The translations under genes were made by a program, and so were the position numbers. Below the pieces are notes generated by a model. It saw nothing but the letters and a program-made list of their open reading frames with translations, was not told where the DNA came from and did no database searches. Of a stretch of DNA of 64,000 nt, positions 8,192-17,768 are shown piece after piece. Numbering within the stretch: position 1 is the first letter of the stretch; each line of letters begins with the position of its first letter. Source of the stretch: a virus; the IMG/VR virus record IMGVR_UViG_3300036828_000413, positions 7,761-71,760 of that record; one strand, written 5' to 3'.

Positions 8192-8700
8192 ACTACGACC
8201 CATTCCAAAAGCTGTTTGCGCTCGGCATGAAGCGCAGCCTCCCCGAGCTCCTGACCTGCGAGGGACCTGCGTTCGACTGTGGGGCCAGCGGCAGGCACGT
8301 GGCGCCTGGGGCTACACCATTGGGGCCACCCCAATGGCGCATCCCGAGGGACACGATCCCCGCCGAGGACGGGAGCGTGGCCACGATCCACGCCTACCAC
8401 TTCCTCGAGCACCTGACCGGCGACGAGGCAGTGTTCTTCCTGAGGGAGGTCGAGCGGGTGCTCATCCCCCACAGGGGCGTGATGAACTTCTCGATCCCAT
8501 ACTACAACACGGTGCTCGCGGCCCAGAGCCTCGAGCACAAGAGCGTGTGGTGCGAGGAGACGTTCGCCAAGTTGTTCTCCGAGGACACCTTTGAGTACTA
8601 CGGGAGGTGGCGGCTGCGGGTCCACTTCTTGGTCATAGCCGGGATAGTCAGTCGCAACCTGGCCCTCCTGGGCCAGCTCGTAGCGGAGGAAGAAAAATGA
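8188..8700 (+). CDS. Class I SAM-dependent methyltransferase-like protein
   Basis: FDCGAS (motif I-like), IPAEDGSV..I.AYHFLEHL, LREVERVL. Confidence 0.7.
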   Translation: MNYDPFQKLFALGMKRSLPELLTCEGPAFDCGASGRHVAPGATPLGPPQWRIPRDTIPAEDGSVATIHAYHFLEHLTGDEAVFFLREVERVLIPHRGVMNFSIPYYNTVLAAQSLEHKSVWCEETFAKLFSEDTFEYYGRWRLRVHFLVIAGIVSRNLALLGQLVAEEEK

Positions 8701-8975
8701 AGGAGGATAAAAAGATGAAGTACTCCAACTCGGAGCAGAAGCTGCTCAACCTGATCCCGACAGACGGCACACCGATCTCGACGGAGGAGCTGGCGATCAA
8801 GCGATACGAGGGCGAGAAGGTCCCGTTCAACAGTCGGGGGATCGTGCTGGCCACGCTCTCCCAGCTCATGCGAAAGGTGGACCACAACAAGGAGAACTTT
8901 CGGATCAGAAAGGGCAGGCGGATGGGACCCATCCCCTCAGAGATTTGGGTGGAGAAGCGGAGGGCCAAGCGATGA
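8697..8975 (+). CDS. Putative winged-helix DNA-binding protein
   Basis: Basic protein with a helix-rich N-terminus and beta wing. ATGA coupling. Confidence 0.55.
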   Translation: MKEDKKMKYSNSEQKLLNLIPTDGTPISTEELAIKRYEGEKVPFNSRGIVLATLSQLMRKVDHNKENFRIRKGRRMGPIPSEIWVEKRRAKR

Positions 8976-10425
8976 GCTACATCCCAGCCCTGCCCTGCCA
9001 CCCCCACCAGGAGACCGCAGAGGCCAAGATGAGAGGACGCAGGGCCTTTGCCCTGCTGATGGCCATGAGGACCGGCAAGACCAAGACCGCGATCGACGAC
9101 TTCGGGGCAATGGAATTGGACAAGGAGGTCCACGACCTTCTTGTCCTCGCCCCTGCCGGGGTCTACCGCACCTGGAGGGATGAGTTCGAGAAGCACGCCA
9201 GCGAAGACCTGCGGGAGCGAACTCGCGTCCACGTATGGGAGACCAAGGGAGGCGTGACCCACGATAAGGCGCTGAGAAATTTTTAGCGGCCGACGACGAC
9301 GACAGGAGACCTAGACTATTGCTCGCCAACATCGAGGCCACCAGTTCAGTGGAAAGAGTGCGGAGCGCGCTCGAGCAGTTCGTAGGCCAGAGGCGGGCCG
9401 AGGTCATCATTGATGAGAGCACCACCATCAAGGGACCGGACACCAACAGGACAAAATTCGCCATACGAAGGCTGAAGCCACTCTCCTCGTACAGGAGGAT
9501 ACTATGCGGACTTCCGACGCCACGCGACCCACTGGACCTCTACGGCCAGTTCAGCTTCCTCGACTACGACATCCTTGGCTACACCAGCTTCGTGCTCTTT
9601 CGCCGCCAGTACGCCATCGTGGTCATGACCCAGATGCCGGGGATCAGGTGGCTGGTCCCGATGGTCAGGGGGTTCAAGAACCTCCCCGAGCTGTATGCCA
9701 AGATCGAGCCCCACTCCTTCCGAATCCGGCTGGAGGACATCGTGGACCTGCCGGTCACCTGGCAGGTCCGCCACGTAGAGCTGACCGACCAGCAGAGGCG
9801 GGCCTACGAGAGCCTGAAGAAGAGTGCGTTCGCAGAACTAGAGGACGGTGGACTAATTACTGCGCAATTAGTCATCGTCCAGATGCTCCGACTCCACCAG
9901 CTGCTCATGGGCTACACGAGGGACAGCGAGGGTGTGCTGCGGGAGTTGCCGGAGAAGCGCACAGAGGCGCTCCTCCAACTCCTCGAGGAGTACGACGGCA
10001 AGGCGATCATATGGTGCAGCTACGACTACAGCGTGAGGAAAGTCTCGATGGCCTTGGCCGAAAGATACGGGCCCAAGGCCATCGCCCAGTTCTGGGGCGG
10101 GAACGCCAGCGTGAGAGAGGAGGAGGACCGGAGGTTCAAGGCAGACCCGGAGTGCAGGTTCATGGTGGCCACCGCCGGCAGCGGGGGCCGAGGCAGGAGG
10201 TGGGACGTGGCCAACCTCGTGGTCTACTACAGCAACACCAACAACCTCGAGCACCGAGACCAGAGCCAGGAGCGGGCCAAGGACATGACCAAGACCGAGC
10301 CCACGGCGTACGTCGACCTCGTGGTCCCCGGCTCCGTGGACGAGGTGTTGATCAAGGCGCTCCGCAAGAAGATGGATCTTGCGGCCGTGATCACCAACGA
10401 CAACTACAGGGAGTGGTTGATCTAA
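8972..10425 (+). CDS. SNF2-like superfamily 2 helicase, split by a -1 frameshift at 9277-9286
   Basis: Walker A MRTGKT in ORF ending 9286. IIDEST, ILCGLP and QSQERA motifs in the -1 frame to 10425. Confidence 0.85.
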
Positions 10426-10447
10426 CTCAAACGACAGGAAAAATTCA

Positions 10448-10867
10448 ATGCCGCACATTCTTATCGTCGAACTAGAGTCGGAAGATTTCTCAGACGAGCT
10501 GCTCGCATTTTATCAAATGGCCAGCAAGATTGAGGGGGCGAAGGTCAAGAGGATGGAGATCAAGACATACGATGATCCAAAATCTCCACCTCCTTCTTCA
10601 TCTCCAGAGAGGTCTTACGGAAGAGTATCTCGCTACTTCAGAGAGGGTCACTCGGACAAAGGGATAAAGTCCTGGGACTTGATCAGAGAGCTACTCAAGG
10701 ACAGACCCATGCCCAAGGAAGTCCTGAGACGAAAGTTCGACTCGTGGCCATTCCCGGGCAGAAAAGGTTTCAAGTTCTCAACCAACACGTTCTCAGCCGA
10801 ATTCGGAAAAATGAAAAAGGCCGGGATAATCACCGAGAATGAGGATGGAATAGTTGGCTTAAATTGA
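10448..10867 (+). CDS. Hypothetical protein
   Basis: AGGA RBS. Looks AT-richer than neighbours. Confidence 0.65.
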   Translation: MPHILIVELESEDFSDELLAFYQMASKIEGAKVKRMEIKTYDDPKSPPPSSSPERSYGRVSRYFREGHSDKGIKSWDLIRELLKDRPMPKEVLRRKFDSWPFPGRKGFKFSTNTFSAEFGKMKKAGIITENEDGIVGLN

Positions 10868-10883
10868 AAGGGGAGGCTGATAT

Positions 10884-11189
10884 ATGAAGTGTCAAAGATG
10901 TGGATTTGAGAGAGAGCGACTACACATTTGGGCGGATAGCGTATACGTCAAGATGCCGTTCAGCATAAATCAAAACCGTTTCATCATAGAAGTAGAATGC
11001 GAGAAGAGGAGTATTGAGATTGAGATTGAGGTCCCTTTGGATAAGGTGACAATCACTCAAAAGGCATACATCAACATTGGACACATAGAGCCGTACTGTC
11101 CTGGCTGGGATGAACCGAAGGGACGACCCTTTATGGACGTTCTTCAAGAACTGCATAACAAGATACGCACACTCGAGGGAGGGAAGTGA
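10884..11189 (+). CDS. Hypothetical protein
   Basis: GGAGG RBS, N-terminal CxxC. Confidence 0.65.
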   Translation: MKCQRCGFERERLHIWADSVYVKMPFSINQNRFIIEVECEKRSIEIEIEVPLDKVTITQKAYINIGHIEPYCPGWDEPKGRPFMDVLQELHNKIRTLEGGK

Positions 11190-11468
11190 ATGAGAGAGGC
11201 TAAGATCACGATCAACGGAAGAGAGCTGAGCGAACCCCAGAGCCGGACGGTCAGGCTGGCGATCCTCGCCTTCCTCGGCGAGATGAGTGACCACCGAGTG
11301 GCCGAGGCCCTGGGCAACATGGCCCTGGAGTATCACCTGCGGCTCACCGAGGTAATGGGCATAGTCGATGAGACCCCGGTGGAGCCGGGCCCGACCGCCG
11401 GGACTGACGAGCAACTGCTGGCCAGGACGCTGGAGTTCATCGCCGAGTTGGCCAAAAAGGAGAAGTGA
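11190..11468 (+). CDS. Hypothetical protein
   Basis: ITING..LS..Q..TVR.AI pattern, operon packing. Confidence 0.65.
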   Translation: MREAKITINGRELSEPQSRTVRLAILAFLGEMSDHRVAEALGNMALEYHLRLTEVMGIVDETPVEPGPTAGTDEQLLARTLEFIAELAKKEK

Positions 11469-11935
11469 TGGGCGGGAAGTGTGGGAGCTGCACGGCGTGC
11501 TGCCGGGTGTTTGCCATCCAGGAGTTCAAGAAGCCGGCCGGGAAGTGGTGCCGGCACTGCGCGATCGGAGATGGGTGTCGGATCTATGACCGGCGTCCAT
11601 CCGTGTGCACTGAGTTCACCTGCGTCTGGCTGGAGAGTTTCGGTCACTTGACCGAAGGTCTCCCGCCCGAGGCCCGCCCGGACAAGTGCAAGGTGGTGTT
11701 CAGCGCAACCACCAAGGATGGACTTATCTCCGGGACGGTCATGCCCGGCTACCCCGACGCATGGAGGAGGGGAGCGGCCAAGTGGATGATAGACAGGATG
11801 GTTGGGGGAGGACTATCGGTGGTCGTGGGACTGCCGGCGTCGACGAGCAAGGTGATGATCGACAGGTACGGAGAGCGAGAGGTAGAGATGACTGAGCCCG
11901 ACGAGCGAGGGATGCAATGGAGCATAAGTGAATGA
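11465..11935 (+). CDS. YkgJ-family CxxCxxCC Zn/Fe-chelating protein
   Basis: CGSCTACC..WCRHC...CRIYDRRPSVCTEFTCVWL. Confidence 0.8.
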   Translation: MMGGKCGSCTACCRVFAIQEFKKPAGKWCRHCAIGDGCRIYDRRPSVCTEFTCVWLESFGHLTEGLPPEARPDKCKVVFSATTKDGLISGTVMPGYPDAWRRGAAKWMIDRMVGGGLSVVVGLPASTSKVMIDRYGEREVEMTEPDERGMQWSISE

Positions 11936-12138
11936 CCCACACCTACCTGAAGATGTTCGAGAAGCGATACGACATAGGCCAGTGGCTGATCAACCGGGAG
12001 GGCCACCACCAGTTCCAGAGGCTGTTCTCGGTGCCGTCGATCACCCAGGCGATGACCGCCGTAAATATGCTGAACGGGGGCACGCGCACGGCGGCGGCCG
12101 CGCTACATATCGTAGAGGAGGAGAGGAGGGAAGAGTGA
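11932..12138 (+). CDS. Hypothetical protein
   Basis: ATGA coupling. Confidence 0.55.
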   Translation: MTHTYLKMFEKRYDIGQWLINREGHHQFQRLFSVPSITQAMTAVNMLNGGTRTAAAALHIVEEERREE

Positions 12139-12182
12139 CCCACTGGAGGAGACCCATTACAGCGAGGAGGAGGAGGAGTGAA

Positions 12183-12653
12183 ATGAACTTTATTGCGATC
12201 GACCCCAAGCGGGCCAGCGTTGAGATCGTCGGCGCCGATGACGTAACAGACGTCTACGGGCGGGTCGGCCTGGAGCGCAACCAGGTGGACCACGGAATGA
12301 TCTACAGGTTCGAGAACGGAGAGAGCTTCAACATCGTGGTCTATGAGGCTGGCTTATTCAAGGGCGACCAGGGCCGCTACTTCAGTATCGGCACCCACCT
12401 CTACGAGGGCGGCGCCGTAATCTACGCAGCCGATGCGATGGGCGAGACCATCTCGATCAACCACAAGCCACCGGTCATGTTCTATCGGGACGTCAGGGAG
12501 GTCGAGTACGCCATCGAGACTGGAGAGGTGGTCAGACCGCAGCGATCCATCAACGGAGAAGTCACGTGGGTCTGGCCGGAGGTCAGGGACCACCGCATGA
12601 ACGCGCGAGAGACCGAGCTCATGGTCGAGACGCTGAAGAAGGGTGGACTGTGA
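12183..12653 (+). CDS. Hypothetical protein
   Basis: Strong GGAGG RBS before ATG 12183. Confidence 0.7.
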   Translation: MNFIAIDPKRASVEIVGADDVTDVYGRVGLERNQVDHGMIYRFENGESFNIVVYEAGLFKGDQGRYFSIGTHLYEGGAVIYAADAMGETISINHKPPVMFYRDVREVEYAIETGEVVRPQRSINGEVTWVWPEVRDHRMNARETELMVETLKKGGL

Positions 12654-12869
12654 GGAGGGTGACCCCTTGGCACAACACGACTACAGAGAGGTGACCAGGT
12701 TCGCAATTGAGTTGGTCACGATCAAGTACCTGGGCGGAAACTTGGCCTCGGTCATGCGGGCCAAGTTTCCCGGAATATCCAACCGCATGATCCGCAAGGC
12801 ACTGGGCGACGCAAGACTGCTGCTCGCCCTGAGGCAAATCATCACCAAGGAAGAAGAAGGAGACTGAGC

Positions 12870-13271
12870 GTGGCATTCAAGCTGAGCAAGCAGGAACTGG
12901 AGCTTCGAGACCAGCACGTCGAGAAGCTGGAGAGGGCGTGGTCGAACATCGAGCAGGCCATCTCCAGCTACAACCAAGTAACGAACGAGGAGCTTAGGGA
13001 GCCGGTTGAGAAGGCAGTGGCCGACTACAACGAGGTCCTGGGCGGGGCCAAGGAGTTCGCAGAGAAGATAGCCAACCGAATGGACGGGGAGTTCGACGAG
13101 AAGTCCGAGAAGTGGCGAGACAGCGAGAGGGGCCAGGCGGCCGCAGAGCTGAGGGACACGTGGCAGGAGATGGAGATGGAGAAGCTCGAGCTGGAGTGGC
13201 CCGACGACCTGGCCGTGAATGACCCCGACCACGCCCCTGAGCTCGCCGAGCTCCCGACGGAGGCTGAGTGA
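12870..13271 (+). CDS. Acidic helical protein
   Basis: AAGGAG RBS. SEKW..SERG motif. Confidence 0.7.
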   Translation: MAFKLSKQELELRDQHVEKLERAWSNIEQAISSYNQVTNEELREPVEKAVADYNEVLGGAKEFAEKIANRMDGEFDEKSEKWRDSERGQAAAELRDTWQEMEMEKLELEWPDDLAVNDPDHAPELAELPTEAE

Positions 13272-13326
13272 TGTAAAGAGGGCTTCACCCGGCGCACCCC
13301 GGTCTCCTGTAGCGCTGGGTCGAGGA

Positions 13327-13369
13327 GTGGGGCGGGCGGATCGTGGACACTGCCCGTCCCACTTTTGTT
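13327..13369 (+). terminator. Probable terminator hairpin
   Basis: AGTGGGGCGGGC/GCCCGTCCCACT stem followed by TTTGTT. Confidence 0.6.
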
Positions 13370-13386
13370 CTTGAAAGGAGGGACGC

Positions 13387-13635
13387 ATGACGGAGACCTG
13401 CCCGCACTGCGCTACCAGGCTCAGGCGGCACGTGGACCTCGTGACCAAGCACCACCATGCCAACGGAGACTACACGCTGTGCGTATGGTGCGGCCACTGG
13501 TGCGTGTTCGACGACCACTCACCCGGAGGGATGAGGCTGCCGTCCCTGAGGGAGCAGCGCTGGCTGGATGCCAACCCGAGGGCCGCCGCGATGGTCGGAG
13601 GGTGGAGACTGTGGAGGAGGAACAGACAGACCTAG
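13387..13635 (+). CDS. Zn-ribbon-like small protein
   Basis: CPHC...CVWC motifs, AGGAGG RBS. Confidence 0.65.
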   Translation: MTETCPHCATRLRRHVDLVTKHHHANGDYTLCVWCGHWCVFDDHSPGGMRLPSLREQRWLDANPRAAAMVGGWRLWRRNRQT

Positions 13636-13716
13636 CGCCAAAAAGAAGGGCGTGGGACTGAGGCCCCACGCCCAGTTTGTACCAAGGAGACTGTACCTTA
13701 TAGGGAGGAGAGGGCT

Positions 13717-13914
13717 GTGACCAAAACCACATTGACGCCGGAGGAAAAGATTCGGGCCGCCGCCGCCAAGGTCATCTACGGCACGAGTGACGCGGAGATC
13801 GCATTGATCCTCGGGGTATCCAACCACGGTCGGGTCAATGAGGCCTTGAAGGAAATTTTGGCCCCGCTCAAACTGACTGAGCCGGGTTACAAGCAGAGGG
13901 ACAATGGGGAGTAG
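13717..13914 (+). CDS. Small HTH-like protein
   Basis: DAEIALILGVSNHGRVNEAL, GGAGG RBS. Confidence 0.6.
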   Translation: MTKTTLTPEEKIRAAAAKVIYGTSDAEIALILGVSNHGRVNEALKEILAPLKLTEPGYKQRDNGE

Positions 13915-13916
13915 CA

Positions 13917-14087
13917 ATGGTTGCCAGCAGGACCACCACGGAGCAGATCATCAGGATACTGCTCAAGTACGTCGACAAAAAGACCGCGATCAAGTTGGCG
14001 CGGGACCTCCACAACCACGTCAGGGGCAACCAGAGCGTGGTGGATACTTTCGGCCGCATCGTGGAGCGACTCCACGATGAGGAATAG
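13917..14087 (+). CDS. Hypothetical protein (56 aa, not in ORF track)
   Basis: GGGGAG RBS. Reads MVASRTTTEQIIRILLKYVDKK... Confidence 0.55.
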   Translation: MVASRTTTEQIIRILLKYVDKKTAIKLARDLHNHVRGNQSVVDTFGRIVERLHDEE

Positions 14088-14111
14088 TCAAACCCAACCT
14101 GAGGAGACCAC

Positions 14112-14594
14112 ATGATCAGAAGAACAGACCCAGGCTTCCACGTAGTGTCCGATGACTCACAGGACATCGACCGGATAGCCGGCGACATGGAGAGCGAGGT
14201 CAGGGAGCTCGTGAAGCAATCCTCGCCCCTGCCCAAGATGCCCGACTACGTGACCCACGACCCCGAGGTGGACTACGTGGGCAAGCTGACCAGTGAGGCA
14301 TTGGTCATGAGCTACGAGGCCACTGCCAAGCAGATCGAGGCGATGGGCCAGGGGCTGATCGAGGGCGTGAGGGAGTGCGAGCGGTCAGCCCTGGCGTTCG
14401 TCAAGGAGCTGGAGCGGACCAAGCAGGAGACCGATGAGGCCGTGAGGCAATGCCTGGCAGCGGCCGAGGTCTACAGAGGACAGGCGAGGGAGTTGTTCAA
14501 GCAAATCCAAGACAGAGCCATGCTCGCGGCCAAGGTCAGAGAGACCGCGTCCGCGATGATCGATGATCTTCACAAGCAAGGAAGGACTGACTGA
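14112..14594 (+). CDS. Coiled-coil hypothetical protein
   Basis: GAGGAG RBS. Confidence 0.7.
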   Translation: MIRRTDPGFHVVSDDSQDIDRIAGDMESEVRELVKQSSPLPKMPDYVTHDPEVDYVGKLTSEALVMSYEATAKQIEAMGQGLIEGVRECERSALAFVKELERTKQETDEAVRQCLAAAEVYRGQARELFKQIQDRAMLAAKVRETASAMIDDLHKQGRTD

Positions 14595-14957
14595 ATGTTC
14601 AAGATTGAGGTACTATGCGACGACAAGAACCTACCCAGAGTGCTCCACGCGCTCACTGGGCTGATCCTCGGGAGCCCGAAGATCAATCCGGTGGTCAACG
14701 CTGAGGAGCGAGCCGGCAAGGTCAGGGCCAAGACCAACGGCAGCCCATCGGCCCTGCTGTCCGCCTGGCTGGGCCAGCACAAGCTGACCAGGATCACCGC
14801 GGCAGAGATCAAGCAGTTCTGTCGCACCAACGGCTACTCGGAGCGCAGCTACAACAGCGTGATCAGCCAGGCGCTCAAGCACAAGGTGCTGCGGAGGTCG
14901 GGCAAGGCCAAGGGCACCGGCACACCGTCCGTCTACACCGTGATCGGAGGCAAGTGA
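14595..14957 (+). CDS. Putative DNA-binding protein
   Basis: Basic wHTH-like C-terminus. Confidence 0.6.
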   Translation: MFKIEVLCDDKNLPRVLHALTGLILGSPKINPVVNAEERAGKVRAKTNGSPSALLSAWLGQHKLTRITAAEIKQFCRTNGYSERSYNSVISQALKHKVLRRSGKAKGTGTPSVYTVIGGK

Positions 14958-14958
14958 C

Positions 14959-15246
14959 ATGGCCAAGAAGCGAAAGTCAAACGGCAGCTGGACGCCCCCG
15001 GTGTACAAGTCCTACGTGTTCAAGGACAAGGACCCGGTGATCGACGAGCTCCGCACGCTCGCCGAGGACTACTTCGGGGAGAAGGTCTCGGCCAAGAACC
15101 TGAAGGGGATCGCCACTGCCGGTGGTCCCACCGTCCAGACCATGAAGCAGTGGTTCTTCGGCAAGACCAGGCGGCCATCCAGCGCGAGCGTGGAGGCGGC
15201 CGGTCGATCGATCGGCTTCGAGCGAACCTGGAGGAGGCGGAAGTGA
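14959..15246 (+). CDS. XRE-like HTH protein
   Basis: IATAGGPTVQTMKQWFFGKTRRPSSASVEA. Confidence 0.7.
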   Translation: MAKKRKSNGSWTPPVYKSYVFKDKDPVIDELRTLAEDYFGEKVSAKNLKGIATAGGPTVQTMKQWFFGKTRRPSSASVEAAGRSIGFERTWRRRK

Positions 15247-15473
15247 CCATAAGATACAGGTACGAGGTGAGCGGCACGGCCGCAGGCGGCCAGACGTGGA
15301 CGACCAAGGGCCACGTGGACACGGAGCAAGAGGGAGAGTTCTCACTGGTGCCCGACGCAGTCATGCGGCTCTCCTTTGCCCAGCTGACCAAGGGGCTGGC
15401 CGTCTACGGCCTGCCCGGCGTGGGCTGCAAGGGACCCTACACCTTCCTCCGCATGCTTGTGGAGAGGGTCTAG
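15243..15473 (+). CDS. Hypothetical protein
   Basis: GTGA coupling. F.QLT.G.AVYG.PGVGC.GPY pattern. Confidence 0.6.
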   Translation: MTIRYRYEVSGTAAGGQTWTTKGHVDTEQEGEFSLVPDAVMRLSFAQLTKGLAVYGLPGVGCKGPYTFLRMLVERV

Positions 15474-15653
15474 GGGCGCGGGGGAGGAGGGCTAGGTCCA
15501 GGGAGGCTCTAGACCTCCCTGGCCTGCTAGGCCCTGCCAGCCGCCCTCTCTCAGGGCCTGGCAGGGCCTGTGTGGTAGGTGTTTTTTCCTGGGGTATCCT
15601 TCCCTGGCTCCATAGAAACACCTACCAGCCGCCTCCTGCCAGCCTCCCTCCAC

Positions 15654-15692
15654 GGGGAACTCTAGCCTGCGGGCTAGGGTTCCCCCTTTTTT
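15654..15692 (+). terminator. Rho-independent terminator
   Basis: GGGGAACTCTAGCC/GGCTAGGGTTCCCC stem followed by CTTTTTT. Confidence 0.8.
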
Positions 15693-15875
15693 GCGTTCCA
15701 TACCCTACAATACTACCTCCAACCAGTCAGGGGTATTTCCGCATGGGAAGGGGTGTCCCTGCGGGAGCTAGTCCCTGTTCAATTAGCTCTCACGGATCGC
15801 TATTCACTTTTGCCGCTACTCCTCTCCGTTCCGGTGAGTTAGAAAGAAAGAAGAAAGAGAGAGGAGGTGAGACGA

Positions 15876-16040
15876 GTGAGCGACGAGAGATACGGTCGGT
15901 TTCTGACCATTGGCCAAAAGGTCTATGACCTGCTCGAGGCTATCCCTGAGCTAAGGGGATTTGAACTAGACGATCTTGCCGGAGTAATAACCGGAGAGAT
16001 AGTGGACGAGATAGAGGAGAGGGAGAAGGTAAGTGACTGA
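15876..16040 (+). CDS. Small acidic protein (54 aa, not in ORF track)
   Basis: GAGGAGGT RBS. Reads MSDERYGRFLTIGQKVYDLLEAIPEL... Confidence 0.55.
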   Translation: MSDERYGRFLTIGQKVYDLLEAIPELRGFELDDLAGVITGEIVDEIEEREKVSD

Positions 16041-16164
16041 TCGAGAACTGGCCTCTGAGGCTATTGACTTATTGACTGAGTTTATGTGTCACAAAGAGGG
16101 CGAGAGCCTGGAGGATTTTAGAGAGAGGGTTGCGGAGTTCTTGGCAAGAGTACCGCACCCGTAA
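16033..16164 (+). CDS. Small protein (43 aa, not in ORF track)
   Basis: Overlaps previous stop. Reads MTDRELASEAIDLLTEFMCHK... Confidence 0.5.
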   Translation: MTDRELASEAIDLLTEFMCHKEGESLEDFRERVAEFLARVPHP

Positions 16165-16178
16165 AAAAGAGGAGAGGG

Positions 16179-16210
16179 AGGGGCGGCCTGCGGGCTGCCC
16201 CTTTTGGTTT
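16179..16210 (+). terminator. Terminator hairpin
   Basis: AGGGGCGGCC-TGCG-GGCTGCCCCT followed by TTTGGTTT. Confidence 0.65.
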
Positions 16211-16446
16211 GAACGATCATGGAAAGGCAATTTGCGATGAGCTACACCGTCAGGATTACTGAGGAAGAACGATTGTTACAACGAAAAGAGGACCTCCAAA
16301 CAATTGAGAATTTACTTCGCGTGTTTGGTACATGCGACTTAAACTAGCAGCCCTTGCAGATGGATGGAGGCCCGGGTGGGATGGGCGGCATCGGCTCTAT
16401 CCTGCTCGGATTGTCTGGCGTGGCAGGATGGGGCGCCGCAGTCTCA

Positions 16447-16689
16447 CTACCGGATTGGGTGAAAGGGCGGGCCAGACCCGACGAGGCACCCGAGCAGGCC
16501 GAAGATCATGTAGACCACGAGTATGGCGACGATCGCCCACAGGACGATCATGATGATCTGGCCGACCACCGGCATCCCGGTGACGCCGGTCACCCACGGG
16601 ACCAGCAGCTTGATGCAGGCCACGATGGCCCCGACGATGATCAGCCAGACGATCAGCTGCTCCAGAAATCCAAGCGTAAAGCACGGCAT
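16447..16689 (-). CDS. Putative holin (2 TM helices)
   Basis: Two hydrophobic helices, immediately downstream of the endolysin. Confidence 0.7.
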   Translation of the reverse strand: MPCFTLGFLEQLIVWLIIVGAIVACIKLLVPWVTGVTGMPVVGQIIMIVLWAIVAILVVYMIFGLLGCLVGSGPPFHPIR

Positions 16690-16692
16690 GTC

Positions 16693-17610
16693 CTACTCCT
16701 CCTGTTCAAACTCCCAGTCCACGGTGCCCATGCCGTCGACCCCCAGCTCGCGGGCCAGGGCAGGCGAGAGGTCTATCCCAGCGCCGTTGGTCTTGCGCCC
16801 GGTCATGTCGGTCCCGGTCTCCGCCTGCGGCCGCGTGCCCTTGTCCCAGTAGGGGTCGTCGATGTTCCACGGGCCGACGTCCCAGATCTCGGCGACGGCG
16901 TAGCTCCCGCTCTCACGGTTGTAGACTATGACCCGGGGCCGCTCGCCCTCGAACCTGTCGGGCAATGCCACGTAGAGGTCCTCGTCATTGAGCACCTTGT
17001 CCTCGTCGTACGCGGACACGTTGTAGTCGCCCTCGCCCCCAAACACGCTGGCCGTGATGGCGGTCTGGTTGTCCGGTACGCCATCGGGGATGAAGTGGAG
17101 GCCCGAGAGGCCCACCGCGATTGCGCGGCAAATCCTGTCGAAGTTCTCCTTGTACAGCCCCACGTCCGCCGAGGAGTCGACGAAGCAGACCTCGAGCAGG
17201 ACGGCCGGCTCCTCCGTGTTGTTCAGGAAGTACAGGTCCGTCCGCTTCTTCGCCCCGCGGTTGGTCAGCTCTCCGAACTTGGAGATGGCGTTCGAGAGGT
17301 CGCTGGCCAGGGCCGCCTGGGTGACGTACAAGACCTCGCAGCCCATCGGCTTTGCAGTGTCCGTGTAGGCGTTGAAGTGGACACTCACGTCCAGGTCCCT
17401 GGCGTGGTTGTTGTGGAAGTCCACGATGGTCTCGAGGTTCTCGCCCTGGGTGGTGCTGGTGTCGTCGTGGAACGGACGCGCGTCCACGCCCAGCCTGGCA
17501 AGGTAGCGGACGACTTCGTCCGTCACCTTGCGCGCCTCATCGACCTCGTCGATGTAGCCGGAGGCCCCACGGACCAACCTGCCGTGGCCGGATGAGATGA
17601 CGATGTTCAT
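16693..17610 (-). CDS. Endolysin: Amidase_3 N-acetylmuramoyl-L-alanine amidase plus C-terminal RlpA-like DPBB domain
   Basis: ISSGHG, E, SVHFNA and LLEVCFVD amidase motifs. WDVGPW...IDLSPALARELG. Confidence 0.9.
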   Translation of the reverse strand: MNIVISSGHGRLVRGASGYIDEVDEARKVTDEVVRYLARLGVDARPFHDDTSTTQGENLETIVDFHNNHARDLDVSVHFNAYTDTAKPMGCEVLYVTQAALASDLSNAISKFGELTNRGAKKRTDLYFLNNTEEPAVLLEVCFVDSSADVGLYKENFDRICRAIAVGLSGLHFIPDGVPDNQTAITASVFGGEGDYNVSAYDEDKVLNDEDLYVALPDRFEGERPRVIVYNRESGSYAVAEIWDVGPWNIDDPYWDKGTRPQAETGTDMTGRKTNGAGIDLSPALARELGVDGMGTVDWEFEQEE

Positions 17611-17768
17611 GGCTCTCTCCTCTCGAGCTGTTGTTTGACCTTCTCAAGCCAGAACAGACAGAGGTAGAGGCCAACCATCTGCCACTGGACCGCGGCCCGG
17701 GTCCAGGCTGCCACCGGGTCGTCCCGCGGGATCTGGTCACTGACCACCAGTCTCAGCCGCCTGGCCAT
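17607..17768 (-). CDS. Small hypothetical protein
   Basis: AGGAG RBS, ATGA coupling to the endolysin. Confidence 0.5.
   Translation of the reverse strand: MARRLRLVVSDQIPRDDPVAAWTRAAVQWQMVGLYLCLFWLEKVKQQLERREP

Noticed and set aside
13272-13370. tRNA gene in the intergenic hairpins
   Set aside because: No cloverleaf with a T-loop GTTCRA and acceptor stem. Looks like two simple hairpins or a terminator.
15296-15928. 210-aa ORF across the hairpin region
   Set aside because: Runs through a strong terminator, has low-complexity composition and overlaps a better-supported gene.
16344-16446. Minus-strand micro-ORF ending MPPIPPGPPSICKGC as an o-spanin
   Set aside because: No start codon with a signal peptide or lipobox in that frame. 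Only a 15-aa ORF is possible.
16354-17595. Long antisense ORFs (e.g. 16354-17595 +, 49455-51488 +, 48189-49373 +, 41312-42400 +, 29507-30622 +)
   Set aside because: Shadow ORFs opposite well-supported genes in GC-rich DNA, with no motifs of their own.
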